DNA of 64,000 nucleotides from positions 24,614,001-24,678,000 of the forward strand of contig OZ231126.1 of the NCBI GenBank assembly GCA_965153355.1. Direction: 5' to 3'. Of this stretch, positions 57,092-64,000 are shown one piece after another. This DNA comes from Flaccisagitta enflata (Eukaryota). A program made the position numbers and the translations under genes. The notes under the pieces were generated by a model that did no database searches, was not told where the DNA came from, and saw nothing but the letters and a program-made list of their open reading frames with translations. The number at the start of each line of letters is the position of its first letter. Within the stretch, counting starts at the first letter, position 1.

Positions 57092-57792
57092 GCTTCTCAG
57101 GCTACTCAAATATTTAGGACCCATCACACGTCTATAGACTGGATAATTGTTCAAGAAGAGAAAACTGTCAACCTCTTTGTCTGACCGTCTAGTCTTCCAT
57201 TCAGTTTGCCAGACCGTCTGACGGTTAGTTCCAAAGTTCATACCAACTTACTAAGGGATGTTTTACGTTTTTAGTTGCGGACACGCAACCCTATAAGAGG
57301 CTTGGTTCTTTTGATGGTCCATCCACCCGTTGGTTCGTCCATCCGTCCGTCTGTCTGTCAATTGGTTACACACAAGACTTGTGTGACACAAGTTGAAAAC
57401 ACGAAAAACTCGAATTCATGAAGCTTGTGTGAATGTGAGGGGTTGGATGTCCCTGCCCACCAATTCGCAACGATATTTTGACCCCGCGTTACTGGTTTTA
57501 GATGCGGACACTCGACTGGATTGGAGGCTTTTTTTATCAATCCACCCATCCGTTGGTCTGTTGATCTGCAACACATTTTTTAAACTATGAAAATTTGATA
57601 CATTTAGTAAAAAGTATATGCCTGAGGAATTTTGATAGTGTTTCAAAAGACCATATTTTAGGTATATATGTGTATGTAATGGAAGCTTACATGTCCATGA
57701 TTTTTCCAAATTTTTATCAGGTTCTATTTCCGTTTTGATAATTGTTTGAGATTTATATAGGATGATTTGTTGCACATGCCACATGAGTCAAA

Positions 57793-58165
<373 letters not shown>

Positions 58166-58896
58166 TGTGGGGAGGGGGGTGAACGCCCTTGCCCACCGTC
58201 CGCCGCGATATTGTAACCCCGTTTTACTTGTTCTTCTGTTTATCTCAAAGTAATCATCATTAGCCGTCCTCATGCGACTTCAAAAACCACTTTTTGCTCT
58301 TTGCAGGCCCTGCCCATCCGCTAACGATTAAGGTAATTTTCTCCCCATCTTATTCCTTTGCAACAAGGCCAAGTAGGCCAATAAGGTGCGACGTGTGGAT
58401 CGTCGAACGAATGCTCTACCCGACAAACCGACCGACCAACCGACCAACGGACACAGCCAGTAATAGAGGTGCTTTGTCGCACCTAAAAACAGACATTTGT
58501 CGTTGTTGTTGTTAATCTCACAGTCACTTCTTCATCTTTTCTGCTGACCATTTGCGACTGGGGGACTACTGTATTCTGGTCGTTCTTTCCTCTAACCTAA
58601 TCCTTCATATACGTGAAAACACATAACAAGCAACACAAAACACATAACACAAACGGAACAAATATTACATGCACGCATACACAACAGACATTAAACATAA
58701 AAGACAAACAACAAATACCACTTACAGTTACAGACACCACTTAGACAAAGAGAAGGGGCCTTTCAACTGGCTAAGATCGCCCGCAGCCCCCTTCAGGTCT
58801 GAACATCATTAGTTATACAAGTCTGACCCCAGATCTGCCCCTTCTTCAAAGTTTTCACCGTCCCTGCCAAAAAGGAAGATCGATCGATCAAGTCTA

Positions 58897-58989
<93 letters not shown>

Positions 58990-59732
58990 TTTCATCCCCC
59001 TCGAGTCTTCTGTCGAGGTGGGAATTCCTCCGCCTCATTACATTGCGTTGACCGAAGCCAAGCTTCTTATTTGTCCAATCAGAATGCGACTTGAGCGAAA
59101 TCCGTGGTCGTTTCGGCCAATCAGCGTGCGGCGTTGAAGAGTCGAGGTGTGCGTGCGGTTATGACGTTCTATACTCAGGAAGATCATAGAAAAGAGGGGT
59201 GGGGGAGGGTGATTGGGATGGGAAGGATAGTTGAGGGGTAGGAGGAGCAAGTGTCGGTCAGTCTGATATCATCATAGGCAATGTTTATTGAATTAATATT
59301 GTCATGATGTGAATATATCCTACAAACATCCCTGCACTGATTCTGTTCAAAGCACACAAACAGCTAACTTTCCTCATTATCGCGTCTTTCTTTTTGTTTT
59401 TCATTTTCATTTCATTTAACCGCGAAATGTTTCGCTACTTCCCTTCTATTTTTTTATTCTGCCTTCTTTTCGTGTCTTTTCTTTTCTCTTTCCTCTCCTT
59501 CCTTTCTCTTTCCTAGCCCCACTCAACACCCCTCGAATCGAGAATGCCTAGCCTTTATCGGCTTCTCTTTCCTAACTAGTTTGTTCGTCATTCTGTCTGA
59601 ATTTATGTCTGACTCTGATCCCCGTCGAACCTTTTTTTTTACTCTTTTTTTTATCCCTCTCTTTCTGTAATTTGCCTCTCAATTTTTGACCCTTGATTGA
59701 GAAGTTCGCCTTTTCTCTCAGAGGTCGTAGAC

Positions 59733-60125
59733 GGTCACGTGGTTTTCAAGGATGGTCATGTGATTTGCAAGGATGGTCACGTGATGTAAAAAAATAGTCA
59801 CGTGACATTTAAAGAAAGACACATGATTTTAAATGATTGTCACGTGACATTCAAAGATAGTCATGTGACATCTAAAGACGGTCACATGATTTTCAAAGAT
59901 ATAGTCACGTGACATTCAAAGAAAGTCACATGATTTTAAAGAAAGTCACGTGACATTCAAAGATAGTCACGTGACATTCAAAGATAGTCACATAATCTTT
60001 AAAGATAGTCAAGTGACATTCGAAGACAGTCACGTGACATTTAAAGACGGTCACATGACTTAAGCAAATGATCACGTGAAAAAAAAAAGTTTGTCACATG
60101 ATACAAAAAACTTTTCACGTGATCA
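59733..60125. repeat. About 21-bp minisatellite built on GTCACGTGAC
   Basis: Units like GTCACGTGACATTCAAAGATA repeated with CACGTG/CACATG variants. Confidence 0.9.
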
Positions 60126-60610
60126 TGGTTGTGTTTTTTCCTCACGGTTTTCTTTTTTGTTTTTTGGGTAATCTAACGCACCTCTATAACCGATTTTGCC
60201 TGTTGGTTGTTACCTTGGTCGGTCTGTCTGTCACACAAATCTTTGACGATCCAACTGGCGCACCTTTCGGCCTACTTGACCTTGTTTTTCTCTCTCTTTC
60301 TCTTTCAAAATCTTTTTGCATTGTCTCGAATGGCCTTGACTTCAATTTGTGGATTACATATTCTGTTTTCGGTGCAACTGTTTCTCTTTGAATAATTAAG
60401 CTGCAATATCTAGCAACAAGATCGGTTACACTGTCAGCACTACCAGTAATTGAGTGAACAGGGGTGGAACTGCGTCTGGTTACAACTTTTATCTCCAGCA
60501 CGGACGGATAGACGGATTTACCAACAACAAGGCTGGATACACGACTACCGAAGTCGCGTGCGGGTGGGCAGAGGCAGTGATAACAAAGGCTAACCCAGCA
60601 TTTAGGCAGG

Positions 60611-60713
<103 letters not shown>

Positions 60714-60958
60714 TTCGAATACAACTGTAAAATTCAGAAATGCATTCACATACATGCATTTGGAATTGCGTTTCTTTTCACTCACATCATCAATTTCGCA
60801 GATCGCCTGAACGGAGTGACTGCTGTTGAGAATCCACGTGTGCGTGGGATGCAATACAATGGACAGATGCACAACCAACGTCCCCACTGTAACTTTAATC
60901 ATTCTGTTACGTCATTGACATGATATCATCGATCAAGAAAAGATCGCGAGGAGACAGA

Positions 60959-61043
<85 letters not shown>

Positions 61044-61845
61044 GAGGGAGAGAGAGAGAGAGAGAGAGGCACACTGACAGACGGGCAGAGACGAAAAGAC
61101 AAATAGCTATGCAGGAATTTATAAGATAAATGCGAACAAGAAATTAGGAATGCAATTTCTAATACTTTTTTTCTAACATTTTCTTTACAAACAATTTTTC
61201 AAAGTATATTTTTCAAAATTTATCATCTTTTCGATGCTTGATTTGATATCAAATAAAGCAATTCACCTTTATTGAATTTAGTTAAAGAGCCCCCAAAATT
61301 TGACCTAAAAATGCGAGTCACTGTTAAAGTAGAGACTGTTTGCAAGGGGTATTTCAACAATATAAAAGCTATTATAATTTGGGACTTAGATATCTTGTCC
61401 TCTGAAGGCGGGGTAATATTATAGGCGTTTTTATATATGAGCTTTTATTCGTATCAACTAGGGCGATACAGATACATACAGAATCATCATTCAACTACAA
61501 CTGATTAGGACTAGGCGGGGTTCCACTGTACATACGGACAGACAAACCGACTACAATGTAATCTAAAATATAGACACAGGAAACGGAAGAAGGAGACAAA
61601 CGAAGACATGTTGAAACGTAATAGGAAAAATAAAGACAGAAGCAAAGATACAAGGGGAAAGAAAAACAGAAGAAATTTAAATGACAGGACAGAGAGACAG
61701 ACAGGCAGACGGACGAGTGCACCGTTGTCACGTGGTTACGTCAGAGAGGACACACGTGACAGAGACTTTAAGACACGTGACCATTTACCTCCGGAATCAG
61801 TAGAATGACTAATGATGTTTCCGTCTGGCTTTTGCGTCTCACTTC

Positions 61846-61937
<92 letters not shown>

Positions 61938-63537
61938 CATATCATTCTTAAGTCCCTTCTGATTCCTGCGCAAATTTCGCCGCCTCATTAGCTTCCAGTT
62001 TTGTAGCCATCTTTGCCACCAAGATTCCACTTAGCCTTTATGTTCTTTGCAACTTATGTCATCGTAATACCAGTTTTACTGCTCAAATATATGGTAGCAG
62101 ACAGAAACACTCCCAAATACGTCATGGTTTTTCAGGCCTGTTTTGACTTTTTACAGCTACTGCATCCACCGACCAAACCAAACATTTTGCTCCCCTTCCT
62201 TACTTTTTCTGTGGTTTCTTCTCATTCTTACGCTTGCTCGTTTTTCGATTTACAAACCTGCAATTTGCCCGGATTCGATTTTCTCTCTCTGAATAAAAAC
62301 ACAAGGATATTTGATTACTTCTTTGTTGGTTTTTTTTTTTTCGGCTGGTCTTTTTTACTAAGAGCTCAAAAGGTATGGAGGTTTGACTAACTCCACGGTT
62401 GATGATGTCCAGACCGTGAAATTCATTTGAATAGTTAAAGTTGATAGTTGAATAGTCGATAGATAAATAGTTAAATCTACAGTAGCGATTTGTAACACAA
62501 CTTTTACGCAAGCCGTAACCCAAGCGATGGAAAATTCGAGTTCAATTTGAATACATCTAAAGATTCGGTCAACGATATCTCCTTGACTCCCGCCGATGCT
62601 TATCTCTTCAACTTTCCAGCCGGGCAATTTTCCGATTCAAGGCCTCTTCCTATCTCTCTCAGACCTCGAACAGAGTTTCTGACTGGCTCAACTGTTACGT
62701 GACCTTGACTTCTGACTTCCGCCCAAAATTTGAACCCTCTCAGCCTCGTTGCTTCCGATATCTCCCATCCCTCTGCCTGCTCCGTTTCCGATACTTCCCA
62801 TCCCTTCTTTTTCGTCCTTCGTGATCCCACACTAATCAACCACTTCAGCTTTGCCATGGGTGTCCGAGAAAAATTCACAGTGCTGTCACCCAATATTTAA
62901 GTTTTTTCGAACAGAGGATATTCTATTCTTGTTGTTCAATAACAAGGCCGAAAAGGGTGGATTGTTGAGCAAATGTGTAACCTACAACCAGAGAGCTGGA
63001 CATTGCCTCTATTGAACCTGCATTTGCGCATTCAAAAAGTAAAAAAAATCATAAGCTGACTTGATCAATGAAATATAGAGAATTGATAGCAGCAGGAAAT
63101 AAGAATTTTTAACCCATTCTTACTCAGTGGAATCCTCGAATACTATCTAAAGAGCATAGTCCATAGACCATGATACATTGAATGTAAACTATCAAGGCCA
63201 GATTTACAGCACCACAGTCACGGACGGTTGGGCAGGGGCAGTAATGCAAAAAAACATTCACAATTAAAAATTGTGATGGACTGATATACTGACAGACTAA
63301 CACAGAAAGGTATAGAGTTGTATGTCATTCATACTCGATCACACTGTGGTGTAGGTTTTGACAAATGAAGCTCCTTTGAAATTCTGTTCCCTTACACCCA
63401 TGGCCGCATTCTGCTTCCGCCACCGCAGCAGCATCATCCGCCAATTGACGGCGACTCAGCAGCAGCGGCCGTCGCAGTAGGGACCCCCTCACCTTCTGTC
63501 ACCCACTACTGGTAACGTTGCATATGGACAGGGTGGA

Positions 63538-63591
<54 letters not shown>

Positions 63592-64000
63592 TATCAGGGA
63601 GGAACCGCTTCGCGTCCTCCGATTTTCTGCATAACTACAATTGAATAATCAGTCGCACCATTAAAGTGATTTATAATGACTATAAATCTCATGGGACTGT
63701 AGATGACATGAAAAGAGGGGGGGAGGAGATGTATATGAAGAGGAGAGGAAAAAGGGAGGATATTGAGGAGGCAAGGAAGTAGGAAGAGACTGGGGTGAAT
63801 TGAAGATGACTTATCCGTTGGAATTCTCATGGCAAACTATTGCGAGGGAGACTGAGTGTGGTTGTGCAATATGTCGATTGAAAGATTTTGTATAAAAAGA
63901 AAAAAGAAAAATTGCAAAAGGAAGTTTAGAAAATGTTCTTTGATTAAATTCATGGTACTGAGAACCAGCAGCAGAGTAATCAAAAGTCTACAAATAGTAA

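Noticed and set aside
59733-60125. CRISPR-like array (also the 87-bp and 21-bp repeats)
   Set aside because: Head-to-tail units without unique spacers, eukaryotic context, no cas genes.
62358-62893. Minus-strand ORFs resembling a retroelement or chromodomain fragment
   Set aside because: Resemblance too weak to support without a database search.

Overview
This is animal (bilaterian invertebrate-like) genomic DNA, extremely rich in microsatellites and non-autonomous DNA transposons. It is not prokaryotic: no operons, CRISPR arrays, rRNA or tRNA were recognised. Only one ORF looks real: 13042-14827 (+), the first coding exon of a Hox-type homeobox gene. It has an MTSHY/SSYF-like N-terminus, long G/A/S/Q/H low-complexity tracts, an acidic run and the hexapeptide IFPWMR, followed by a phase-1 GT donor. 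No homeobox exon was found in the remaining ~49 kb, so most of the window is probably one very large Hox intron. That interval contains near-palindromic (foldback) TA-target MITEs, Helentron/DINE-like GACG-repeat elements, minisatellites, local tandem duplications and short unique islands rich in homeodomain-type motifs. Nearly all other ORFs in the track are translations of simple repeats. Species and Hox paralogue group cannot be fixed from this window.
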